A stretch of 64,000 nucleotides of DNA, taken from NCBI RefSeq assembly GCF_963506605.1, contig NC_083289.1, positions 28,396,001 to 28,460,000 on the forward strand, given 5' to 3'. A model generated the notes under the pieces. That model made no database searches. It saw only the letters and a program-made list of their open reading frames with translations, and was not told where the DNA came from. Shown one piece after another: positions 24,449-36,900 of the stretch (positions are counted from its first letter, which is position 1; every line of letters starts with the position of its first letter). This stretch comes from Zootoca vivipara. Taxonomy: Eukaryota. A program made the position numbers and the translations under genes.

Positions 24449-27400
24449 ATCTGGGATTAGAAACAGTCTGCAGACATAAGCATCATCATGCAGCAACAGA
24501 AGGAACTCAAATTTTAAGAGGAAAAAGCTCAGAAATAAATACCCCTATAATGAAACTATGAAGTAGCAATAAAACTGGATATTGCTACAACTTTTACTAT
24601 TGGAGAGGCTTGATCACCACTTAAAAGTATGTGCACTCCTATGTACACTTACCTGGGAGTAGGTCCCATAGACTCAGTGGGATTTGCTTCTAAGTACCAT
24701 GCATACCAAAAGGTTGCAATTGCTTATAATAATTGTAGACAAGAATTAGCTATCCCAAGCTAATTTATATCACTACCCCATGAAATAATTCATCACTGAA
24801 GATACTAACCTAGGTCTCATGTTTATTTCTATAACCAGAATTAATGCCTGAAAAACCCAGAGCTTCCCATTTGGAACTTTCACTTTGAGCTTCATGGACT
24901 TCAGAAACAAGTTTGCATAAACTGAAACAAGCTTTTCACACATTAGTTCGCTCCTTAACTGATGGGAAGCTTCCAAACAATTCTAGTTCTTTCACAATGC
25001 AGAAGGAGGGTGAATCTGAGGCAAGTCAGAAGCAGAGTCAGAGGCTGGGTTTGGGGCACAAAAAGTTTGTGCCACCGTTTTACGAGTTAGCAGACCCAGC
25101 TTGTCTTCCTGGACCAAATACCTGATGGTGTTGTCTATGTGGTAATTTCAACAGAACTTTTTCCAAAACACTCAGCCTTATGTGTTGTTTATTTATATAC
25201 ACTTGATAGTAAAAACAACAACCACAACCACCCCTCAAAGCAGTTTAGTAATACAGTCAAATGCAACAGCAAAATGCTACCCGCCTCCCAAGGTCTAATA
25301 TTTGCAGCAGTGTGAACTAACTGTGACAAACACGGCTTTTAAGACTATTGCACTTGTCCGGAAAGTGGCTGAAGAGAGATGATTTACTTGAGAGCAGGAG
25401 TATGGAGAGTGCTGTTAACTAGATACCTCAACCCTAGTCCAGACTTGAATTATATTATATTATCACCTACTCTAAAGATGTCCACTCAGCCACCTGAACC
25501 AGCATTTCCGCTTTCTTGCCTTTTGAAGCTTCAGACCTGCTGTGAAAGTGAGATGACTGGATCTCTTTTCCCTTCTCTGCTCCTCCTGTCTGTTCCCCCT
25601 TGGTCCAAACTGGCTCTTCCCCTTTAGTGCTATTCTTCTTATGGTCCTCCCACTGGCTCTACTCAAGGCTGGGAGAGACTGCCTGACAGGAAGAGATGGG
25701 ACACCATTTTTAATGGGGCAGAGATGCTTCCTCTTAATCCAAGTAAATAGCAGGATGCAGCCAGCAAATTTAGGCAAGCCAAGCAGAAAAAATGTGTCCT
25801 CTGGAGCAGTCGCAGAGCAGTTCTGCCAACATAATACTGTTGCTGGACATTTCTTACTAGAAAGACTCCTTGAATCATTAGAGAGATGACTTGTGCACAA
25901 CAATTATCATCCATGGGAGAAGTCAAATCTCTGTGTGTCATCATTTTCCAGAGAGGAGCTTCCTAGCACATCTCCTGAGATAATCTAACACAGTTGTGGG
26001 TGATGCTAAGTTGCCACTTGCTTTCACCCGATGGGATTCAGTTTTACCAGGGGGTGGGGGGTGGGGAAGGAAGAAAAACCACCAGCATGACTGACAGCTG
26101 TTGGAAGGGGATTCTCACTGCCAAAAGCACTTCTACTTGGCTCCACTACTTCTGGTGGCTTGTTAAGAGTCATGGTTGTGCTGCCTGGCTGCAGGAAAAG
26201 AATACATCGAAGTTCCATGTGATGGCTATTGCAGACAGTGTACATGTATGAACAAACACATGGGTGTGTCAAAGCTTTACAGGAAAAATGGTCCAATTTG
26301 TAGACAGAACTAGATAACAGTAGACCAGCCTCATCTGCTCCAGAACTGCTATTCACCTTGTGCTGGTGGAACTTTGAAAAGAGCGGATTCTCTTCTTTCC
26401 AGCAACAACCAGACACTCTCCACTTCCAAGTCTACTCCTGACTTTAAGGGTAAGAGAAAACCTCACCTTCAAAATGGAACCTAAAACTGACACGTCTTGC
26501 TCAGCACTAGTGAAATATTATATCTTACAGTACAAGTGAAAAGTGAACAGAAGTGGTAACAGTACTTTTGGGGGTGAGAAAGAGAACTAGTGTCTGGGCA
26601 AGAACCTGTTCCCCTCCCTGCAAAAAAAGCTTAGGCTACCCAGATATCAGAGCACACCATAGAGAAAGGATGCTTGCAGTGAGAAAGCAATATCTTTGCT
26701 ATGTTACAAGAAATGTTTGACCATAACAGTTTAATAGGAAAAGGACAAAAGAACGATATGAAACATTTGATAGATATGACTCAAGTACCATACACTTCCC
26801 CTCCTTTGTATCAACATTTTTACATAAACACAACAATTAGTCTGATTAGTGGAGGGGCTTAAATATATTTAAATCATGTAAAATATTTTCAAAGTTGCTA
26901 AAAGGTCTGACGCTTTGCCATTGAACAAGACAGGAATATATTTGTACACCTCATTATACAGAGACAACAAATCAAGTCATCAGTTGTACAACCGCACTTC
27001 TCTCCCCAGGCACAACAGGCCAGCCCCCTGCAGTGCTCCACCCTGGAAAGAACCAGCTTGCTCCCCTGCTCCCCCTCTTCAGAAAAGGTGAAGAGTCTAT
27101 TTACTACATCAATACAGCTTGGTACTAACTAGGCAACCTCTCAGTTAGTATTAGTTAAAAGCATGCTGGTAACTTTAATGCTCCTTAGTTCAACATGTAA
27201 ATGCATCAAATTAAAATTCCATGTTTAAAATTGTACGAAATCTGATTTCCAGGATTAAGTGCCACATTCAAATTTTCCCTCTCTTACCACCTGTGCCGGA
27301 GTGTATCTATCTGCAAAACATGCAATTAGAAGTACCATCCATGGAGAATCCTGCAACTGGACATGGCCTGAAGGGTTCGGCAAGGGCGTCCATCTGCTTG

Positions 27401-27869
27401 CAGCAGCGGTTACAAGTGCTGGATACCAACTAGAGACCAACTAGAAGGGAGGAAGTGGCAGCAGAAACAATGGTGGCCTCTCACACGGAGGTGTTTCAAA
27501 GCTCCCTGACGAAACACAGTTGCATGATAAAATCGGAAAGTCACAGTAATAATCCCGCCCCACATGATCTGGGCTGTGCGCGTGGCTTGGCTTAACTCAT
27601 CTACACTGAAGTCAGCAGTTTACAGCAGAAGCCAAAGGAGTCTCACGGCAGCAAAGAGAGCTGTGCAAGTGTGTGTGTGTTTGGAAGCCTCAACAGAAGC
27701 ACAAAAGCAAGCAAAGCGACCCTGAATTCCATTGGTTGGGCTTTTCCTTAGAGAAGGAACTAGTTTTGGCCCTGGAGATGGATGTAGGCTGGGCTGGGAA
27801 GAGTCCTCAGGCTGGGAGCATGTGGCGCTCTAGCAGCAAGGAGGGAGGCAGGGCACTGGGGGGGCAGTC

Positions 27870-27977
27870 TCATTTCGCAGTGTTCTGGTGGTATATGTGT
27901 CGCCAAACCTCATGTATCTTTTTGCACCATTTATGAGCGTTCCCACTTGGGTCCATCAGGTAGTATGTCCTGTTAGG
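27870..27977 (-). CDS. PDPK1: PDPK1 exon 14 (terminal coding exon)
   Basis: [35 protein letters not shown]. Confidence 0.94.
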   Translation of the reverse strand, partial: PNRTYYLMDPSGNAHKWCKKIHEVWRHIYHQNTAK

Positions 27978-30900
27978 CTACAAGTAAACAAAGGTTTAGT
28001 GCCTACTCATTCCTGAAGCAAGAACCTAACTAAGCTGACCAAGGCCAGCAGGCAGTGCATAGGCTTGGGCCTCCCCTCCCTCCCCTGGGGATGAAGGCCA
28101 CACAAAGCACTTTGTGCATCAGAAGTATCCCACAGTAAAAACCAGACAACGGGCAGGAGCTATTAAAAGGCAGAGGTGGCTGTGTGAGCCAACTCTGGCC
28201 TGAGAAGGTACAAGAGTCATCAGTGTGTGGAGCTGTGTCACTGGGGAGTTGCTACTTCAGGAAGTTCTAGATCCATTTTTCAAAAAAAGGGGAAGGATCC
28301 CACAGCCAATTAAAAGTACTCTGGTTCCTCAACATCTCCAGCACCTCCCAGGAAGCACTGGCAGCTGAATGGGCCCTGCTAATACCACACCTGCAAGAGC
28401 CCACAGAACGGGACCGGCTAAGCCAGAACTTGTCAGCAGGAAGGGGTCACTTACTGTGTGAACAAAGAAGGTCTTGAAGTTCTTGGCTTCCGGCCGGAGT
28501 TCCAGCGACCAAGGGATCTCTCCTTTCAGAATTTTGTTGACAGGGTCCACATAGTACAAGTGTGGCCCTTCAGTGAGCAGCAGCTGACGCCTGCGAGCAA
28601 AGAGCCCCTGCAGAGGAGGGCACAACACTTAGAGCTAAGCCGGCAGCTTCAAAGAAAGGGTCAAGAAAGGCAGGATTCTAGCACCATCACAGGATACTGC
28701 TTAGGACTCAACGCTCTTGTTATAGAGCACAAAGGGATCATCACATCTTCTGAGCAGCTAGTTTACTCTGCCTTTCTGCCTTTACCACATGCAGCACAAC
28801 CAGCTCACAGGACGAGGAAGGGGAAGTACCTATTATATTTTTTGCCTTTCCTGGAACAGTCTCCAAACCAATTTTTGGACAATTGATGAAAGGTTTTCAA
28901 AGCTCAAACTCTCTTCTGGGCAACACTCTTCTTCCCTGAGACCCTCGTTCCCTATGACAGCAGGGGAACTGTCATCATGGGAGTGGCACCTCCTTGAAGG
29001 CCCCATCCAACTCTCTCTGCCTCTTTTGCCATTTCCAGGTCTGGGAACCAACTTGTTCCTGGAGCTCACTGTACTCTACTCACTGTACCCACGACATCTG
29101 CCCAATGGGAAGATAGTCAAATATATGGTAGGCTCATCAAAACACTAGAAGGCCCCCCTCTCTCCCCGTTAGTTAGTTTGTTTTTGGGTATTAGTTACCT
29201 AATTAACCCAGGTGACCCAGGTGGCGCTGTGGGTTAAACCACAGAGTCTAGGGCTTGCTGATCAGAAGGTCGGTGGTTCGAATCCCTGCAACGGGGTGAG
29301 CTCCCGTTGCTCGGTCCCAGCTCCTGCCTACCTAGCAGTTCGAAAGCACATCAAAGTGCAAGTAGATAAATAGGGACCGCTCCGGCAGGAAGGTAAACGG
29401 CGTTTCCGTGCGCTGCTCTGGTTCGCCAGAAGCAGCTTTGTCATGCTGGCCACATGACCTGGAAGCTGTCTGCGGACAAACACCGGCTCCCTTGGCCTAT
29501 AGAGCGAGATGAGCGCCGCAACCCCAGAGTCGGACACGACTGGACCTGATGGTCAGGGGCCCCTTTACCTTTTTACCTAATTACCAACCACCAGGTACAC
29601 ATGGAAGAGCATACAAATAAAATTATGAAATGTAGAGGTCAAGGAGAACAAACAGGGTTACACGCCCCACCACAAACTACTACATTTGGATAATCTGCTT
29701 TTGGTTTCTCTTAATATCTGTTTCTTTCCCCTCCACTACTCTGCAGGTTGTACTTTAGACTTACAAGTACAATTATTTAAAGAATGAATCTGAGGCACAG
29801 GATAAGGTGACTTACCTTCCGTTTGTCAACTGGACCCATTTTCAGTATTAGATTATTTTCTACAAACTGGTGCCTGAGAAGAAAACATCACCTTGTGTTA
29901 TTTCCATCAAACCATCATTCATTGCCAAGCCATTCACTTACAGGCTTTTAGAGACAGAGTGTCAAGGAGAGGAGGAAAAGTAGCCAGCAGCCAGATGGGT
30001 GCTCCCTGCTCAGGGCATTGTCCTCAGCACGCACCTCTGGGTCAGATCCCATGGCAGAAATTGGCTGCATTTCTAAGCTCTGACCAATTCAAATGGTCCT
30101 GGTTCTCCCTTTTCTAAAGCCATTATTAGGAACACGCAGGTGAGGTGCAAGTGATGAAGCTGAACTTTATTTGTGGAGCAGGATGTTACTCAAGAGAGAG
30201 AGAGAGAGAGAGAGAGAGAGTGCAAGTGCAAGCACATGCGTGCACACACATTTGCATAAGCCACTCTATGGGGAAGAAACCCCACACCCCACAGTGCTTA
30301 CCAGGGATTTCCACCAGCCTGCTTTGCCAAGAGTAACCTTTTCTCCTTTTCAGAGAACTGGAGGTCCAGCTCAAAGGAATTGCTGTCGAGGTTGTGAATG
30401 TATTGCTCTATGTTGTTGCTGCTGCCTGAGGTTTGTGGGGTGGACGTCTCCGGGGAAGACAAGGACTGAGAAGAGGCGGAGCCAGACACTTGCAGGCAGC
30501 CAAACTGACTCAGGAGATTGTCATACTATCAAAAAAAGAAAGATAGTTTTCAGAATAAATGGGGGGAATAAATGTGGCATCTTTTCTTCTGACTAATATT
30601 TCTGCCAACGTAATATCCAAGTTGTCTTCAAGAGTAAATCCAGTAACATTAATGGGCCTAAATTAGATGTGCCAATGAATGTGACTAACAATGGATATAA
30701 CCAATGTTATATTATTTATTTATTATTCTGAATGCTCTCTTTAAGCTACTAGTACTATCATGTATTTACGCTGTATAAACATTGTAACCCCATACTTTAG
30801 GAAAGCAACACATTTCATCTGCAAGAAAACAAACGGCTTCAAACATATCATAAAATACTGTATTTTCCATGTATAAAACTATATTTCCCCCAAAAAATGT

Positions 30901-33900
30901 AAGTTTAAAATTGGGGGGGTGTGTCTTATACACAGAATGTTGCAATTATTTATTTCTTAATTTAGGCTAAAAAAAAAATCATCTTATACATGGGGGCATC
31001 TTATACACGGAAAAAATACGGTAACTGTGTGGCCATCTTTTATTTTACTCAGTACATATCTTTTGCAATCAAGGCAAAATCCCACTCATTTTCTGGCCAC
31101 TTGTTCTACTGTTAGTGATATTCCCCATTTCTTTGCTTAAGAACACTCTTGCTTCAATTCACAAATGGGACTAATTCCTTATGCTCTGTCTTACTGAGGC
31201 TTCAACACAATTTAGTGAGGACAGGACCTAGAGAGGTTTGATAATCTATAGACTGTAAAATGCTTGATCTGCTTCCACTTTTTAATAATAACCACCTCCC
31301 TTTTCCTGTTGACACTTCCAGCACATGCTTGTACCGGACTCCTAATTTCTGAATGATCAATAGTTCTGCCTTGATTGATTCAATCTATGTATCAGAAAAA
31401 TCCCCATCTCCAAATTTTAAAGCCTCTATCTCTTTCACAAATTTCACCAGTGATCCCATATTTTTAACCAACTGCAAACTAGAACATTTCCTTTTACTTG
31501 CTTTGTTCTATTTCATTATCTCCTCACAGTACATCTATGTATCACCCTTTAACCCTCCACTTGCATGCACAAATTCTGAGAGAGAGGAAGGAAGCTGGGA
31601 AGGAGCTCTGCTTTCAGCTCAGCATCTGCTCTCAGCCTCTGGTCATGTGAACTGGACAAGTGAAAGTGAGGGTGACAGAGGAGCCAATGATTAGACCAGA
31701 GCAAGAACTACAAGCCTATTTCTCTCTTGAAGGATGCAAGGGTATTGAAGAGACCTCTATTGAGCATGATAGATCAAGATGGGCACTCCTACTGTGACTG
31801 CTGAGATGGATGGAGAAGGATGTGAGGCACTCACAAGGGCAAACTGCCCTTCAGGAGTCTTTTATCTCCCCTGGCATCAGTATCAAAGCCTGCACTTACA
31901 TTTCCATAGCAATCCTCATCATCTTCTGACATTGCAGGCAAATATGCAGTGAGCTTGGGTGGCGTCTGAAGATGCAGATTCTCCCAGGTGATGGATTCGA
32001 AAAAGGGGTGGGCCTTCAAGGGCTCATATCCTCCCATTTCTTCACAGCCTAACCTCTTGGTAGCGTCTTGGACCTGGTTAAGTGAAGACACAGTTACATT
32101 TTCCCTGGAAAGACTCGGGGGGGGGGGGGTTTCCCCCTCTGGCTCCACTCCCTGTCATTTCAGATCTTGGTTACTCAGTCAGTCCACCTCTGTGGACAAT
32201 CTGTTAATATGGGACCTTTGATGTACCTAGTAGAAGTGAGACTCCAGGAAGGAGGAGGACAATTGAGATTTCTTCTCCAAGCACCCCTTCATGGTGATTC
32301 AAAAGGGGCTTTTGCAATAACCCGTGAAACAAAGGCTTGTATAGGTTTACCTGGCATAAAGCAACGGGATAGAGATCCTCTCAAGGAACTGGTCATGAAG
32401 TCAACTTGCTTTGCTCCGCTTCCTGGAGCAAGTGGGAGGCAAGTGGCCAATTAAAAGAGAAAGGAGGTGGAAGGAGACAGGCAAGAGGGAAAGGAATGCT
32501 AGCTGCTGGCCTTGAGGCTGACATCTGTATCATATGGTTCTTGTGGTGATAAAACCTTGAACACCAACTGACTGAAAAGTTCCAGCTAGTTTGGGAACAA
32601 AGCTAACAGTCTAGTTCCATGAAGAGAGGGAAAGTAGGGGGGGCCTTAGCTGGAAATTAATACCTCAACACAAGGTATAGAGGAGTATATCTGTGGGTCG
32701 GGGTGAGGCTGGGAAATGAGAGGGCAGAAAACCCCATGGGAAGGCGGTGGGGACTAAGAAACAAGGCCCTGAAGATGCTTTGTGGAAAAGCAGGAGGGAC
32801 AGGGAACAAGTCAAAGGGGCAACAATTGGGGGGGGGGCGGGACTCTGAAGCCTAGAGGGCCAGAACACCGGTTGGGTAGAACAGCAGCAATGAGTACCAC
32901 ATTTTGTTATCTGACTGGAGGCTTCTAGCATGCATTTGAAACATTTGACAATACAATTCATTTACCAAGAGCTTTTCTACGAGGTCTTTTGCCTTCGGAA
33001 AGAACTTCTCTGGGAATTCATACTCCAATTTGATTATCTTCTGGAATATGAGATATTCATTTCTGCAAAAAGGATGGGAAAAAGTATACTCACATCTATG
33101 CAAACATTTCCTGTAAGTCTACTTCAAGGTTGAAACTATACCATCCTATGGGTACACGGGCAAAAACTAACTTAGTGGGAAGTCTGGCACTGGTGTGCTT
33201 CAAAGTCTTACCCGGCTCTGAATGGTGGTAATCCTGCTACAAGCTGGTATACAATGCAGCCAAGAGCCCAGAGATCCGAACTTCATCATCAAGACAGGCA
33301 AAAGGATGAGGAGGCAAAGCAGAAGAGTTAGCACTGTGGGCATATCCAATTTCACCATCTTCTAGTTCAGGCACCCACAACAAAAGCATACAACATATTC
33401 CCTTTCAGGCAGAGCTGCAAATTCCCCTGGAGTATCAGGCTCTAATTTACTTGGAATGCCTGGTAAAGGCACCTTGAAGAAAAAGTGTTCATCCCTGGGC
33501 GTTTCCCAAGGATCTGATGCAGAAGCTGCCACTGTGCACTTTCTGAACCAGATCTATGTATTTCCTCATCTTGGATTAGGCTCCCATAGGAAGGATGGAA
33601 ACAGCAGAAGAGATACTTCAGCAAGATCCCAATAGGGCTGAGCGATATCAGCTTTTCAACATCGCAGTGTATCGCCAGCCAAACATCGCAGTTTGGTGAC
33701 ATACTGCGATGCTGGAAAAACAAGATGCATTGGCCTCTCCCTGCAAAACACTGGGTGCTGAGGCAGTTTCACCCAGACTCGTGGGTTAATACAATGCAAC
33801 TTGTTTGCACCGGGCTGGGGGCTCCTTTAACTGCTCGACTGAGGAAAGGGTAACTGCACACTCCTATGCTGAGCAGTTGAAAGATGCAGAGGGGAGGAAA

Positions 33901-36900
33901 CAGCTGTTTCGGCTCCTTGCCAATAGAGCTTGTTTCTCCCTCTCCATTGTATGAGGGCTGTATTGGGACCTAGGCCTGGGTGATATATTGATCTATTGCC
34001 CAGGACTGGTATGAGGAGCAGACCGCGACATCGGCTTCGCTCAGCGGTATATCGCTGGTGAAACTGCTCCCAAGTCCCTCTGCTAGCAGCGCCTGATGGA
34101 GGAAGGACCGGTCCTGGGCAATATATTGATATATCGCCCAGGCCTAGATCCGAATACAGCCCTTTGAAGAAGATCCCAAGCTGAATAGGTGCTTAAAAAA
34201 ATAAAAATAAATGAAATGGCCCACAAAGAGCTTTCTAATTCTCTATCTGTCTTGTTTAATGTAGTGGCAAGAGATTACAGCAAGAAAATATGATGGCAAT
34301 GCTTAGAACATCTTGTATCATGTTTTGGTGGTATGTTATGTTAAATCCAAGGGCTAATGAACTATTCATGTTACAGAAGAATAGACAAAAGCAATCCTAA
34401 GAGCCATTGTCATGTGGTTTAAAATATTTCCATGTTGATTATGCAGAAGGCACTGAGGCAGAATAATGGAGTACACCCTAATGGAAATAGACCTCACCCA
34501 TTTGCATTGAAGATCTCTCTCACAGTCATAAAACCCCTCTACAAAGGCAACGTATGTAACTCACCTTTTGCAGGCAGATTTCTCTGTTAACAACTCTGGA
34601 GACACATACTGCGCTGTCCCAACAAAGGAGTTCGCTCGTGCTGAAGAACCCAAGATGCAAGTAAGCATTTAATCATTAAAAATGTTCTTTCAAGGTCCTC
34701 ATGAAGGCTTGGATGCGTTCATTTGAAAACAATGCTTTCATTTTTGTTGTGCAATTCAAATTTCATCAGCTTTCATTAACTATATTTGTAGACATCCAAT
34801 GTTACATAATGACTATTGTTTTTCAAGTGCTCCCCGCCCCTTCAACTCTAAGCATTACTAAGCAGTATTTCACCCCATGGGCACCCCATTATCTCCTGAT
34901 TTCAGCCGCCCCATTTTAGTAACTCCCCAGGATTCCTCTCTGATGTCATCTCCTACAGTATAGCCATTTTACCTTTACTCAGTAAAAAACCATCATAAAC
35001 CCCATTGAGACATAGCATCGGATACTGTGGTCAGTTTTAAGAAATTTGAAACTGCAGAAGGTTGTTTTAGTCATTCACAGGTTGAGAAATTGCACCCACC
35101 TCGCTTGCTGTCTGCAGACAATACTTTTGCTGTCCCAAAGTCTGTAATCTGAATGTGCATGTCTCCGCTGAGCAAAATGTTCTCTGGCTTCAGGTCCCTG
35201 CAAAAGGCACAGTTGGGAATAAGCCATGCAGGCACAGAGTCATGCCCTCACCAACTATTTGTGTCCCCTGGGGAAATCCCAACTTCTCAATGTAATGCCC
35301 AAACCATGCAAAGCTGATTCTCCCCCAGGCTTCTAAAGTAACAGATTCCTACCTGCTCCTCTGCCTGGCATTGGGAGCTGCTTCCCAAATGATTAGGAGG
35401 GGACTGGGCAGCAGGGGGACATGTAGCAAATCTGAATGTTAGACCATGCTGAGTTCTTCTCTTCTGCCTTCTACTGCAGGCAGACAAAGAATACGCAAGA
35501 ACTACATTTACTTTGCTAGAGACCTGGCAGAAAGGGACGTCCCTCTCCTCTACAAAAAAAACCAAGGTGAAAGGCAACAGAGGGAGGGAAAGAGAGATAT
35601 TTCAACTGGCCAAAATCCCCATCTAGTGCTGGATACTTTGTACTCCAAGGCAGCCAATGCCTTGTGCCAAATTAACTAGGCTGGTGTCACCACAGGTGAG
35701 GAATGCAGGAAAGCCAGGAAGTCTCAACAAAGGTACCTAATACACTGCTTGCTTTGGAAACTTTTGAGTTTTGAGCCACCAGGAGGGCAACAAACGGTAA
35801 CTATGACAACAGCAACAAGAACCAAGAATAGATGGATTTGAATTCATTACATTACCTGTGAATGATTCCCTTTCCGTGCAAGTACTCTAATGCAGACACA
35901 ATTTCAGCAGTATAAAACCTAGTACATGTCTCATCAAATGAGCCAATCTTCCGGATGTATTTTAGAAGCTCTCCATTTTTGGCGTAGCTAAGACCAAAAT
36001 CTGAATACTAAGTTAAAGATAATTTATACTGTGAATCTCTAGATCCCAAAACACAAAGGCAGATAATCTGGGGCAATGTTAGAATGGATAGGTGGTGATG
36101 TGCTTGGAAGGCTGGACTCTGCACACAGCCAATTTACCGTATTGGCCCGAATATAAGTTGCACTTTCCCCCCAATTTCAGACCCTGAAAAGTTAAAGTGC
36201 AGCTTATATTGGTGACTTTTTACCGCATGCTGCTGAAAGCAGCAGGGGAGTGCTTGCTTGGCGGGGGGGGGGGGGGGCGGCAGAGCCTCCCAGCTAGTTG
36301 GGAGGCCAACCAGCTACGCAGCATGCGCACCACCAACCAACAGGGAGGCGGGCACTCCACGCCACCCCACCAAGCAGCTAGGGAGCGTGCACAGCCTCCC
36401 AGCTGGTTGCTGGTGCGCACACTCCCTAGTTGGTTAGCCTGTGCACGCTCTCTCCCCCCCCCCCGCCAAGCAGCTAGGGTGCTGGCGCTTAGCTCCAATT
36501 GTGCTCCGTGCCTGCCTCCTGGCACTACTGCCCCGAACGGGGGGTGGCCAGCACTAGCTTGGTGGCCGCACCTGCAAATAAACCTTGAATTTTAAGTGTG
36601 CAGCTTATATTCAGGCCAATACGGTACAATGGTTAACTTAGTCTCCAACCATTTTGGGACAAGAGGCAGATTTGGCGATAAAAGAAACTTGTGGACACCA
36701 CAAAATACACATTCCACAGAAGAAAAAACTGATGGTATTCAGAAACAGCCCCATACACCTAAAAGGCAAAACACAGACACCTCGAGACAAATAAAACACA
36801 GTAAAAACAACAACAAACCTCCTCCCACCACAAAAACTAGGCAATCTTATCAAACAAAAAAGATGTAAATATCAACTAAAAAATAGAACGTGGGAGAGGG

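Noticed and set aside
29221-29290. tRNA-like A/B box sequence
   Set aside because: It is the head of a SINE, not a tRNA gene.
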